DNA of 64,000 bases from Deltaproteobacteria bacterium (GTDB lineage: Bacteria; Desulfobacterota; Desulfarculia; JACQYL01): assembly GCA_016208165.1 (NCBI GenBank), contig JACQYL010000024.1:3234-67233 (forward strand), in the 5' to 3' direction. The notes beneath the pieces were generated by a model that was given only the letters and a program-made list of their open reading frames with translations, was not told the origin of the DNA and did no database searches. Of the stretch, positions 19,437-28,730 are shown piece by piece (position 1 is the first letter of the stretch; every line of letters starts with the position of its first letter). The position numbers and the translations under genes were made by a program.

Positions 19437-19784
19437 TCATTGTCCGGGATGCAGTAGCCCGAACCAGTATCCGGCATCGTCCTGCCGCAGACACCCCACG
19501 GCGTTTCCTATTTCCATGGTTTCACCTTCCTCGAGAATCAAGCGTACCGTCAGTCTTAATCCGTGAGCCAGTTCGATAACGGCCATGGGATACGGGACCT
19601 GATTCCGGAAAGCCTCCGGGGCAACACGGATGATGGTATGCGTATATATGTGGCCTCTTCCGTCTATCCGCTCCGCCCGGAATTCCTCGGATCCACACCC
19701 TGCACACACGTAAGCCGGGGAGATATACAGTTTTCCGCAGTGCACGCACTTGTCCACGCTAACTTCCTTCAACATGGTCCGCAT
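19437..19784 (-). CDS. DUF35 Zn-ribbon/OB-fold protein (thiolase partner, BbsA/SCP-x-associated type)
   Basis: CVHCG...CAGCG Zn ribbon plus OB-fold. Sits immediately downstream of the thiolase-like gene. Confidence 0.7.
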   Translation of the reverse strand: MRTMLKEVSVDKCVHCGKLYISPAYVCAGCGSEEFRAERIDGRGHIYTHTIIRVAPEAFRNQVPYPMAVIELAHGLRLTVRLILEEGETMEIGNAVGCLRQDDAGYWFGLLHPGQ

Positions 19785-19786
19785 CG

Positions 19787-20953
19787 CTAGGCTCCTCGGA
19801 GAATGGTTACGGTGGAGACAAGTCCCGAAGCGCCCAGGTTCATGGCTAAACCGATCTCGGCGTTTTCCACCTGGTTCTCGTGCTCCCCTCGCAACTGCTT
19901 GACGATTTCATACACCTGCCCCAAGCCGGTGGCGCCCACGGGGTGTCCCTTGGAAAGCAGTCCTCCGCTGGTATTGATCGGGATTTTCCCGTTCACTTGT
20001 GTCAAGCCTTCCTCCACCGCCGGACCGCCTTTCCCCCGCTCGAAAAATCCGATGTCTTCGCTGTCCACGATTTCCGCGATGGTGAAACAGTCGTGTATTT
20101 CAGCCACATCCACGTCAGAAGGCTTGATTCCGGCCATCTCAAACGCCTCCTTTGAGGCATGGACCGTGGCCGTACACGAAGGTCCGTCCATAGCATAAGA
20201 AGTACTGTGGCCCAACCCGTGACCAGATCCCAGAATTTCAATGGGCTTATCCGTAAAACTCCGAGCCAATTCGGTGGGACACAGTACAGCGGCGGCGGCC
20301 CCATCCGAAATGGGACAACAGTCAAACAGCTTCAACGGGTCCGTGACCAATCGTGAATGGAGGACTTCCTCCAAGGTGACTTCTTTTCTGAAGCGGGCCC
20401 TGGGATTTCGGACCGCGTTTTTGCGGTTTTTCACCGAAACCATGCCGATCTGTTCAATGGTTGTTCCATATTCGTACGTGTGCCTGTTGGCGACCAGGCC
20501 GAAATAGCCGGGAAAGGTCAAGCCGGTATAGCCCTCCATGTCTTTGTCCATTCCTGCCGCAAGGGCCTCCGTGTTCTTTGCGGTGGAAGCGCCGCTCATC
20601 TTCTCCACGCCGCCCACCAGGACGAAATCGTACACTCCGGACGCTATCAGGAGATAACCCTGGCGGAGCGCGATGCCGGCGGAGCAGCAAGCGCCCTCGA
20701 CCTTGGTGCAGGCGACGCTCTTGTTCAGGCCGATCTCGCAGGCCACGATGGGAGCCGACGTCTCTTGCCCCTCCAGGATGCCGCCGATGTAATTGCCCAG
20801 GAAGAAGGCCTGGATATTCCCTCGATCCACCTTCGCGTCCAGTATGGCCCGATTGCAGGCTAGCGAAGCCAGCTTCTTGATGCTCATCCCCTCGAGGATT
20901 CCGAAATTCGTAGTCCCCACTCCAATGATGGATACCCTTCTCATAACGGTCAT
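19787..20953 (-). CDS. Thiolase-like protein (SCP-x / non-specific lipid-transfer-type thiolase)
   Basis: Thiolase fold with active-site Cys region VEGACCSAG. 388 aa. Confidence 0.75.
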   Translation of the reverse strand: MTVMRRVSIIGVGTTNFGILEGMSIKKLASLACNRAILDAKVDRGNIQAFFLGNYIGGILEGQETSAPIVACEIGLNKSVACTKVEGACCSAGIALRQGYLLIASGVYDFVLVGGVEKMSGASTAKNTEALAAGMDKDMEGYTGLTFPGYFGLVANRHTYEYGTTIEQIGMVSVKNRKNAVRNPRARFRKEVTLEEVLHSRLVTDPLKLFDCCPISDGAAAAVLCPTELARSFTDKPIEILGSGHGLGHSTSYAMDGPSCTATVHASKEAFEMAGIKPSDVDVAEIHDCFTIAEIVDSEDIGFFERGKGGPAVEEGLTQVNGKIPINTSGGLLSKGHPVGATGLGQVYEIVKQLRGEHENQVENAEIGLAMNLGASGLVSTVTILRGA

Positions 20954-20985
20954 TTCCTTTAAGTGTCGGGTGTCATTTTACGGCT

Positions 20986-21399
20986 TTAGGCTTGGAGCAT
21001 TTCATCGGGAACCAAGGTCCTTACGTTCCGGATGATATCCTTCATCAGAGTCCCTGGAGAGAATGTCTCTCTGATTCCCAAGCCCAACAGTTTTCCTCGA
21101 TCCTCCTTAAGGATGGTCCCCCCGTAGATTACGGGTATGTCCAGCTTTTTCTCCTTCAAGAGTTCCATCACTCGCGCTCCCATGGGAATCAGGGAAGCGG
21201 AAAGATTGCTCAGCCCGATGATATCCGCGTCTTCCTGTACGGCTGCATTCACTATGGCGTTCGGCGTCTGCCGCATTCCCAGGTAAATCACTTCCATACC
21301 CGCATCCTTGAGGGCCATGGCCACCATCTTGACTCCTAAGTCATGACCATCCAAGCCGGGCTTGGCAAGCAACACCCGTATCGGCCTTTTATTGCCCAT
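20986..21399 (-). CDS. Acyl-CoA mutase small subunit, B12-binding domain
   Basis: 137 aa with the DxHxxG cobalamin-binding motif (GLDGHDLG). Confidence 0.85.
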   Translation of the reverse strand: MGNKRPIRVLLAKPGLDGHDLGVKMVAMALKDAGMEVIYLGMRQTPNAIVNAAVQEDADIIGLSNLSASLIPMGARVMELLKEKKLDIPVIYGGTILKEDRGKLLGLGIRETFSPGTLMKDIIRNVRTLVPDEMLQA

Positions 21400-21475
21400 A
21401 AGCTACTCCTTCTGATGAGACCTTTCAGACGTTCCGGAAATGGTTTGAAACCCACCGCAACAGGATGAGTGAACC

Positions 21476-23147
21476 CTAGAGAATCGACGGCGGCTTGAAC
21501 TCGCCATAGATATCTCGCAGCGCCTGCATGATCTCTCCTTCAGTGGCGTACACTTTGGAAGCCTCTATGCAGTACGGCGTCACGTTTTCGTTCTTTTCCG
21601 CCGCTCTTCGGAGATCGTCGAGCCTTTTCTCTACTTCTTGGTTGTTTCTCGTTGCTTTGAGCTTCCTTAGACTCGCAAGCTGTGTGTGTTCCGTTTCTTC
21701 AGTAACTCTAAAAACTTCGGGCTCTTCTTCCAGCTCATCTGAAACGAATTCGTTCACGCCCACTACGATTCTGTCCTTATTTTCAACGGCTCTGGTGTAC
21801 CTGTAGGCCTGTTCAGTCAGAACTGTGTCGGCATAACCGGTTTCCACGCATTTGGCCATCCCCCCCCGATCCTCGATGTCCTTGATGACGTCCCATGTCC
21901 GCTGCTCCACTTCGTTGGTAAGCCATTCCATGAAATAGGAGCCGGCGAAGGGGTCCACAACGTTAGCGATGCCGCTCTCGTGGCAGATGATCTGCTGGGT
22001 CCGGATGGACAGTCGGTGAGCGTTTTCGGACGGAATGGACAGGGCTTCATCAAAGCACGCTATGGCCATGGATTGGACTCCGCCGAGCGCCGCGGCCATG
22101 CCCCCGATGGTTCCCCGCACAATATTGTTTTCAGGCTGCTGATAGGTGTATGCGCCGCCGCCGGTCTGGGCGTGCATTCTGAGCTGCCAGCTTTTGGGGT
22201 TTTTGGCCTGGTATCGTTCCTTCATGATCTTTGCCCAGATCCGTCGCATCGCCCTGAACTTCGCAATCTCCTCCAGAAAATCCATGTGAACGTACCACAT
22301 TAGAGAGACCCCGGGAGCGATGGCGTCCACGCTGATGCCTCTCTTCAAGGCTTCATCGAAATAATTGATAGCTGCGGCAAACGTGAACCCCAGTTCATGG
22401 TAGACCGTCCCTCCGGAATCTCTTGTGGGATATCCGTTCATATTGGTGATGTTCCATTTCGGCAAATACTTGGAAGCGAATTCCCACGTATCTACAAGGA
22501 GTTTTACGCTGGACCTGGGGGGAAAAGAAAACATCTTCATCGCGAAGCACTCTTTTAGAGGATCGTTTTGAGTGGTTCCCCGCAGTGATGCGTAAGGCAC
22601 TCCCCTCTTTTCCGCCAAGTTGAGAAACATACTTAGAATTGGAAGGGTCGGGTGGTTTATGGTGAAGGAATGGCTGGTGCCTTCCAGAGGAATATCCTCG
22701 TATAAAGCTTCCATGTCCGCCAGGCTGTCTATCGCGACCCCGACCCGACCGACTTCCCCTTCCGCCAGAGGATGGTCGGAGTCCAGCCCGATGCATGTCG
22801 GCACGTCGAAGTCGTTGCTCATACCGGTCTGGCCCGTTTTCATGACGAACTTGTGCCGCTGATTGGTTTCCTTGGCGGTGCCGACTCCCACAACCTGACG
22901 TATGGTCCAAGCGCGCCCCCTGTTCATCGGGGCGTAGGCTCCACGCGTGAACGGATATTCGCCGGGAAAACCAAGGTCGTTTAAGTAATCCAAGCCGGCT
23001 ACGTCTTCAGGGGTATAGATATCCCTCAGCGGAATCCCTGAAATGGTCGCGAATCCCTTCTTTCGAGGGGGAGTTTTGGTAAGGGTGTTTTGCTCCCAGA
23101 CGGCTCTCCTTTCCTCAATCCGCCGAATGTCTTTCCGATCCATCATG
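21476..23147 (-). CDS. Methylmalonyl-CoA mutase-family (acyl-CoA mutase) large catalytic subunit
   Basis: MCM N-terminal TIM-barrel domain (FTRGAYAPMNRGRAWTIRQ). Start set at ATGATG with AGGAGG RBS (23147). Confidence 0.8.
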
Positions 23148-23399
23148 GTTACCTCCTCTGCCCGAGGTTCATTGTGGCAAATGTAATAGTTGGCGATGCG
23201 TGCCCGAGGGGGGGCGCTCAAGGTCCGCTCGGGCGCGGCGCGAAAGCTCCGCCCTCGTACCCCCGTTGGGCCCCCTATCCCTCCGGCTCTGTCGCATGTT
23301 TTGCATCTGTTCTAAGGTTCACCGGAACGCAGTCCGCAGAGACTCCCGGATCCGGGGATTCATGCCCCCGGAATTCATTAGTAAATGATTGCTCACGCT

Positions 23400-24167
23400 T
23401 TACCTGGGAGCCATGCGCAAAGCACCGTCCAGCCTGATGGCCACACCGTTCAGCATCGGATTTTCAATGATCTGTCTGACCAGCATGGCGAATTCCGACG
23501 GATACCCCATCCGTTTAGGGAATACGCACGTAGCGATGAGGGACTTCCTAACAGCGTCGGACATCCCGCCGATCATGGGCGTGTCGAATATCCCCGGGGC
23601 GATGCTCACGTTGCGAATGCCGTAGTCGGCGAACTCCCGAGCAATGGGAAGGGTCATTCCCACGACTCCCGCTTTCGAAGCGCTGTATGCGGCCTGCCCG
23701 ATCTGCCCCTCGAAAGCGGCATCCGAGGCCGTATTGACCATCACTCCGATTTCTCCGTCTTGATTGGGTTTGTTTTTTATCATCTGTTCCGCAGCCAACC
23801 GAATTACGTTCATGGTGCCGACCAAATTGATGTTGAGTACTTGAACAAAGCTCTCCAATGGCATTACCCCTCGCTTGCCGAGTACTTTGGCAGGCGTTGC
23901 CACTCCGGCGCAATTGACGGCAATGTGAACGGAAAGGAACCGCTCCATGGTCGCGGCGATAGCTGACTTTACCGAATTTCCGTCCGTCACATCCGTTTTG
24001 TGGAAAAGGCAGGCGCCGCCCAACTCGGAGGCAAGATTCTTTCCTTTATCTTCTGAAAGATCCAAAATGGCGACCCTTGCACCATGGGCCACCAGTTCGC
24101 GGGCGCATGCTTCTCCGAGTCCTGATGCGCCTCCGGTCACAACAGCCACGCTTCCGTTCAACTGCAT
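23400..24167 (-). CDS. SDR-family 3-hydroxyacyl-CoA dehydrogenase (type-2 HADH-like)
   Basis: TGGASGLG Rossmann motif and YSASK catalytic motif. Confidence 0.75.
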   Translation of the reverse strand: MQLNGSVAVVTGGASGLGEACARELVAHGARVAILDLSEDKGKNLASELGGACLFHKTDVTDGNSVKSAIAATMERFLSVHIAVNCAGVATPAKVLGKRGVMPLESFVQVLNINLVGTMNVIRLAAEQMIKNKPNQDGEIGVMVNTASDAAFEGQIGQAAYSASKAGVVGMTLPIAREFADYGIRNVSIAPGIFDTPMIGGMSDAVRKSLIATCVFPKRMGYPSEFAMLVRQIIENPMLNGVAIRLDGALRMAPR

Positions 24168-24269
24168 AACGTCTCCTGCACCTGTTAGACGGACTCGCCC
24201 GACCGGAGGGGAACCTCTCGAAGAGAGCTCCCCTCCGCGGCTACCGCAAGTACCCTGTGAACGGTACGA

Positions 24270-24404
24270 CTATTTTAGAGTTCTTTCCGTATTGAGGCTC
24301 TTGCATTTAGGACACTCGTAGCTCTCGCTCCGCCAGACGTGTGCGCAATCCTGGCACTTCCACTGCCAGTCCTCGAATTTCTGCTGAAGGCTTTTCGCGG
24401 GCAT
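24270..24404 (-). CDS. 44-aa zinc-ribbon protein (absent from the supplied ORF track)
   Basis: Hand translation gives MPAKSLQQKFEDWQWKCQDCAHVWRSESYECPKCKSLNTERTLK. CxxC...CxxC pattern, GGGAGA RBS 6-8 nt upstream, TAG stop at 24270-24272. Confidence 0.5.
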   Translation of the reverse strand: MPAKSLQQKFEDWQWKCQDCAHVWRSESYECPKCKSLNTERTLK

Positions 24405-24486
24405 TTCCTATCTCCCTTTGGATAAAATGGTTTTTAATTGAGACTTGTGTTTAGTAATGCTTTCTTGGCGAGTTTTGGTTCCCGGA

Positions 24487-26496
24487 TCAGACGATGTCCG
24501 GAATCTGGCCGGTTTCCTCGTAGACTTGAACCGCCTTGAGCCAGCTGGGATGCGCGGAAAACGCCGACGCCTTCCGGAAATATCCATGCTCCGTAATGAG
24601 CCTTTTGGCGGGCCGTGTGAGATCGTTATAGGGTATGTTCCCGTAAAGGGTTGCCGTAAAGAGACCCATGATCTCATTATTCACAATGGGGTCTGCAATG
24701 ACGTTCACATGAGCGGGAACGCCTTCTCGCACGGCCTTGAGGCAGCGGTCCAGAGCCGGCAGCATCTCTTCATCACGCTCGACGTATTCTCCGTGAACAC
24801 CGAACTCGGCGACCATCTTTTCTGTCTTGATCTTGGGAGGATAGATCTGCATGAAATCTTTATAGAAGTCCTTCGTAACTCCGTAGGGCGCCTGAAATAC
24901 CTCATCGCAGTTCGTGCAGAGAGAGTTGTTGTTGATGTGAATCCCGATTACGGGAATCTCCCACTTGACCGCGAGCTGGTAAGCCATCCCGGCTCCACCG
25001 TAGAAGTCGCCGTCACCCATGAGGGCGATTACCGGGTGCTTTCTCCCATCCGCCATGGAGGCGCCGACAGCCATGGATACCGGATGTCCAAGTCCGATGG
25101 CATCCGTGGCGTCCAACAGTCGGCCCGCCGTTCTGAGCCGAATCCAGTCGGTGTAGAAGGAAGTGGCGGACCATCCGCCGAGCACGGTAATGTAGTCGTC
25201 CTGAAGCTCCTTATTGAGCCATTCCCCGATCAGTCTTCCAGCCAGGTCGGGATGAAAGGGCTGCTTACCTCTTTGGGATTCCGTCCGTTCGGTGGTCCGC
25301 TGGAGCGACTTCTCTTTTTCTTCGAGTACGGTTGCCCGCCACTTTTCCCATTTCGCGACGGGCTTTTTGACTCCCAAATCTTTAAGACAGGAGATCATCT
25401 GTTGCAGAATGAGCTTCATGTTTCCGTTCAACTCGAATTCATTATGCAATTGGAGACATTGCATCTCGGGAGAGCATTGAACTTGGATATAGCGGGTTTC
25501 ATTACCCCAGAACGGAGGTTTGCCGAAGTTTTCCAGATATCGTACGCCGAGACCCATCACCAGCGCCCGGTCGGCGGCCCTCATGGTCCTTCCCCTCGCC
25601 CGGCCGTAACAGTTCAGTGGATCGTACTCGGAGATGGCGCCACGGGAAAGCCTCCGAGTATGACAGGGAATCCCTATAAGATGCACAAACTCGTTCAACT
25701 CATCCACCGCGTCGTGGTACCAGATGGACTCTCCGCAGATCATCGCCGGCTGATCCGCCTCCAAAAGCCATTTCATGCTCCTCTCGATATCTGTTGGGTC
25801 GGCTTCCATCTTGAACATATCCGTTCGGCTTTGGGGCCATGTACCCGGAACGTATCCATGCGCGAGCATTCCTTTGGTGGTGGCCGGGCTGCCGGGCGAA
25901 TACAGAGTGAGTTCTTCCGCCATGGCAATGCCCATCGGACCCGTTACCGGCGTCACGGCGTCGCGGAAAGCCTGCTTCGTTTGATATGCCACGGACAGAG
26001 GCTGCGTCAGCCTTCTAACCGGCCGTTTGAGAAGAGGAGAAAGCACCTCCGACGCGATGAGTCCCCCTTGTTGCGTCCACCTTCCGTCAAACAACTCGGG
26101 TGAGTCCGCAACAATGAACACCATGGGGGCTTGGGCGCTGCGAGCCTGGTGAAGCGTCGAGGAAAGGTTGGTAACTCCCGTTCCCGGTCCGATGGTGACC
26201 ACTCCCGGCCTTCTGGCGATTCTGCCGAAGGCCTCGGCGGCAAAACCGCATTCCGCTTCGTGGGTGCACGAAATCCTCTTTATACCTTTCCTCATGATCG
26301 AATTGATCAGTCGGAACAAACCGCTTCCTTCCAGGCACCATATTTCCTGTACGCCTTCCTCCACCAGGATATCCGCCAGGATATCGAGGGAATCGTATGG
26401 TTGTTTTTCTTCTTCTTTAACGGCCTTGCGTTCGGTTTTCTCGAACATCGGCTTTTCAAAATCGAGTGTCATTTTCTTTTCGAGTGCTTGTTCCAT
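24487..26496 (-). CDS. Thiamine-diphosphate-dependent enzyme (acetolactate synthase / 2-hydroxyacyl-CoA lyase superfamily) with N-terminal extension
   Basis: Pyr, central and PP domains with the LMGDGDFYGGAG ThDP motif. Start chosen at ATG 26496 (AGGAGG upstream); TTG 26538 and ATG 26526 are alternatives. Confidence 0.7.
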   Translation of the reverse strand: MEQALEKKMTLDFEKPMFEKTERKAVKEEEKQPYDSLDILADILVEEGVQEIWCLEGSGLFRLINSIMRKGIKRISCTHEAECGFAAEAFGRIARRPGVVTIGPGTGVTNLSSTLHQARSAQAPMVFIVADSPELFDGRWTQQGGLIASEVLSPLLKRPVRRLTQPLSVAYQTKQAFRDAVTPVTGPMGIAMAEELTLYSPGSPATTKGMLAHGYVPGTWPQSRTDMFKMEADPTDIERSMKWLLEADQPAMICGESIWYHDAVDELNEFVHLIGIPCHTRRLSRGAISEYDPLNCYGRARGRTMRAADRALVMGLGVRYLENFGKPPFWGNETRYIQVQCSPEMQCLQLHNEFELNGNMKLILQQMISCLKDLGVKKPVAKWEKWRATVLEEKEKSLQRTTERTESQRGKQPFHPDLAGRLIGEWLNKELQDDYITVLGGWSATSFYTDWIRLRTAGRLLDATDAIGLGHPVSMAVGASMADGRKHPVIALMGDGDFYGGAGMAYQLAVKWEIPVIGIHINNNSLCTNCDEVFQAPYGVTKDFYKDFMQIYPPKIKTEKMVAEFGVHGEYVERDEEMLPALDRCLKAVREGVPAHVNVIADPIVNNEIMGLFTATLYGNIPYNDLTRPAKRLITEHGYFRKASAFSAHPSWLKAVQVYEETGQIPDIV

Positions 26497-27059
26497 CGTC
26501 GGATACTCTCCTCCTGTTGTTTTCATACTTCCGGCCAATTACCCGGAGCGCCTGCTTCCAGGCAGTTAACCGGACCGATCTCTCGATTGTCTGTACAAAT
26601 CTCCTCCTTTCATAGATTCATGCCTCGGGCGGCCTCTTGTCCACCTTGTTTGAATATCGATCCGTACCGAGTTCACGGGCGCGGACATTAAGAAGATGGG
26701 ATGGAATATGCAAGTGTAACTTTACTAACTCTGAAAAACATGGTAGTCTTAATTTGAAGTATTTGATGTAAATTCCGAACTATCAAGCCGTTGAACAGGC
26801 AAACTACTCCTCTGGAGCGTCAGATTCATACCTGAAAGGCGGCTGGCTACTTCATACTTCAGGCCATTTCGCCGAAATTCCAAATGCGTGACTACAAACA
26901 TCAAGGCAAGTCACATAGGCAGTTGTGAAGAATCTCTTATCAAGAAATGTGCCGGAAGCCGTTGCCGAACTTAATTAAATATTTTGTTCTGTTTTCATAT
27001 TGTTACGAGCTTCGGAGCACTACACTGGGTAAGAGTTGACCCGATGCGGGGGAGAATAA

Positions 27060-27074
27060 GTTACACTTTGTAAC
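27060..27074. promoter_or_regulatory. Palindromic motif GTTACACTTTGTAAC (copy 1) in AT-rich divergent promoter region
   Basis: Perfect dyad GTTACA-n3-TGTAAC. Second copy of the core in inverse orientation at 27192-27203. Confidence 0.4.
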
Positions 27075-27191
27075 ATTCCTATCAGGATAGCCTTGCAAAT
27101 TTGAGTTGGCGCTGATAATATAAATATAATGATCCTTGGATATATTTCCATTTTTATGTGTAAGGCAAACATGCAGTGTATTATCATTTCT

Positions 27192-27203
27192 ACAAAGTGT
27201 AAC
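27192..27203. promoter_or_regulatory. Palindromic motif copy 2 (ACAAAGTGTAAC)
   Basis: Same 12-13-mer core as 27060-27074, about 130 bp apart. Confidence 0.4.
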
Positions 27204-27487
27204 ATAGCCTAGTACAAATGGTACATTATAGACCATCCTGGTCAATATATCGTCTTGTACGCAATATTCAATGGTTTAGTAGAATGTGAAAAGAAACGTA
27301 ACCCTGGCGAAATCGGAGATGAGAAACCTATTAATGATACGTCATTCCGGCTTTCTACGGAATAACGTGGAATTAGCGCTCTTGGCTTCCTACGCGTTCA
27401 CGAACAGTTCGTGTCGTGAATTACCTAGTGTGCATACTGTTGTAAAAGTAGATGTTTTTTGACAGGCCGGTTCATAGGGAGCCAACT

Positions 27488-28726
27488 ATGAAGGATGAGC
27501 AAAAGACAAAAGCAGGTTTGATCTCGGAACTAAAATGGCTTCGCATCGAAAATAGTAAACTCGGGATGTCACTATCAGAATTAAGAAATACTGAAGAGGC
27601 TCTGAGGCGAAGCGAACAACAGTTGAGAATGGCTTTGGAAAGCGCCAATGAAGGTCTATGGGACTGGGACCTCGTTTCCGACGTGATGGAAGTCACTCCA
27701 CAGTGGGTTGAGAACCTCGGCTATACCCTTGAGGAAACCAGGCCTTACATGACCGGGGCTCGTTGGAAAAGCCTCACACACCCGGACGATCTCCCCAGAA
27801 TCAGGGAAGACCTGATCCAGCATTTCAAAGGCCAAACCGACCTGTACGAGAACGTCCACCGCATGCGCACAAAAAACGGCGAATGGAGGTGGTTGTTGGA
27901 TAGGGGAAGGGTCGTTCGATGGGGCGAGCACGGACGAGCGCTTCGCGCCATGGGAACATACCTGGATATCACGGAGCGCAAGCGCGCCGAAGAGGCCATG
28001 AAAGAAATCGAGTCCGAGGCGTTGAACGCGGGACAGATGGCGTCGCTGGGAGAACTTGCGGCAGGAGTTGCTCACGAAATCAACAACCCCATCAATTCCA
28101 TAATCAATCTTGCCCAGATACTCGTTAACGAGTATGACAAAGCAACAACCGAGTATGATTTGGGCCACAGAATCATGAAAGAAGGAGAGCGAATAGCGTC
28201 CATTGTGAGCGGCCTGTTGTCTTTCGCGAGTTCGCGAGACTTTACAAAAAAGCCGATCGACGTATCGGAAGTCTTATCGGCCACCTTGGGTCTGACTGAA
28301 GCTCAGCTCAACAAGAATGGAATTATTCTGAGACTTTCGATCCAAGACCCGATGCCAAAAGCCGTCGGTCATTTCCAGCAGCTACAGCAGGTATTTTTGA
28401 ATATAATCAACAACGCCAGGTATGCGCTGAACCAGCGATATCCCGGATTTCATCCCGACAAATTGTTAAAGATTGACGCCCGAGAGGCTCGCTTGAATGA
28501 TACACACTACGTAAAGGTGTCGCTGTTGGACAAAGGGACAGGCATTCCACAGTCGTATCTACATAGGGTCACCGAGCCCTTCTTTTCAACCAAACCCAGC
28601 GGGATGGGTACAGGCTTAGGGCTGAGTATCAGCCATGGCATAATAAAAGATCATGGAGGAAAGCTCGTGATTAAGAGCAGGGAGCTGGACTCCACTGAGG
28701 TCATCATTTATATTCCAGTCGGGTGA
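27488..28726 (+). CDS. PAS-domain sensor histidine kinase
   Basis: Coiled-coil plus PAS, H-box AHEINNP, and N/G1/G2 boxes (GTGLGLSI). AGGGAG RBS before ATG 27488. Confidence 0.8.
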   Translation: MKDEQKTKAGLISELKWLRIENSKLGMSLSELRNTEEALRRSEQQLRMALESANEGLWDWDLVSDVMEVTPQWVENLGYTLEETRPYMTGARWKSLTHPDDLPRIREDLIQHFKGQTDLYENVHRMRTKNGEWRWLLDRGRVVRWGEHGRALRAMGTYLDITERKRAEEAMKEIESEALNAGQMASLGELAAGVAHEINNPINSIINLAQILVNEYDKATTEYDLGHRIMKEGERIASIVSGLLSFASSRDFTKKPIDVSEVLSATLGLTEAQLNKNGIILRLSIQDPMPKAVGHFQQLQQVFLNIINNARYALNQRYPGFHPDKLLKIDAREARLNDTHYVKVSLLDKGTGIPQSYLHRVTEPFFSTKPSGMGTGLGLSISHGIIKDHGGKLVIKSRELDSTEVIIYIPVG

Positions 28727-28730
28727 GGCT

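Noticed and set aside
18299-19477. Extended 392-aa version of the meaB ORF
   Set aside because: The first 67 codons overlap the DUF35 gene and have no homology. MEWIDRLL at 19276 matches MeaB N-termini.
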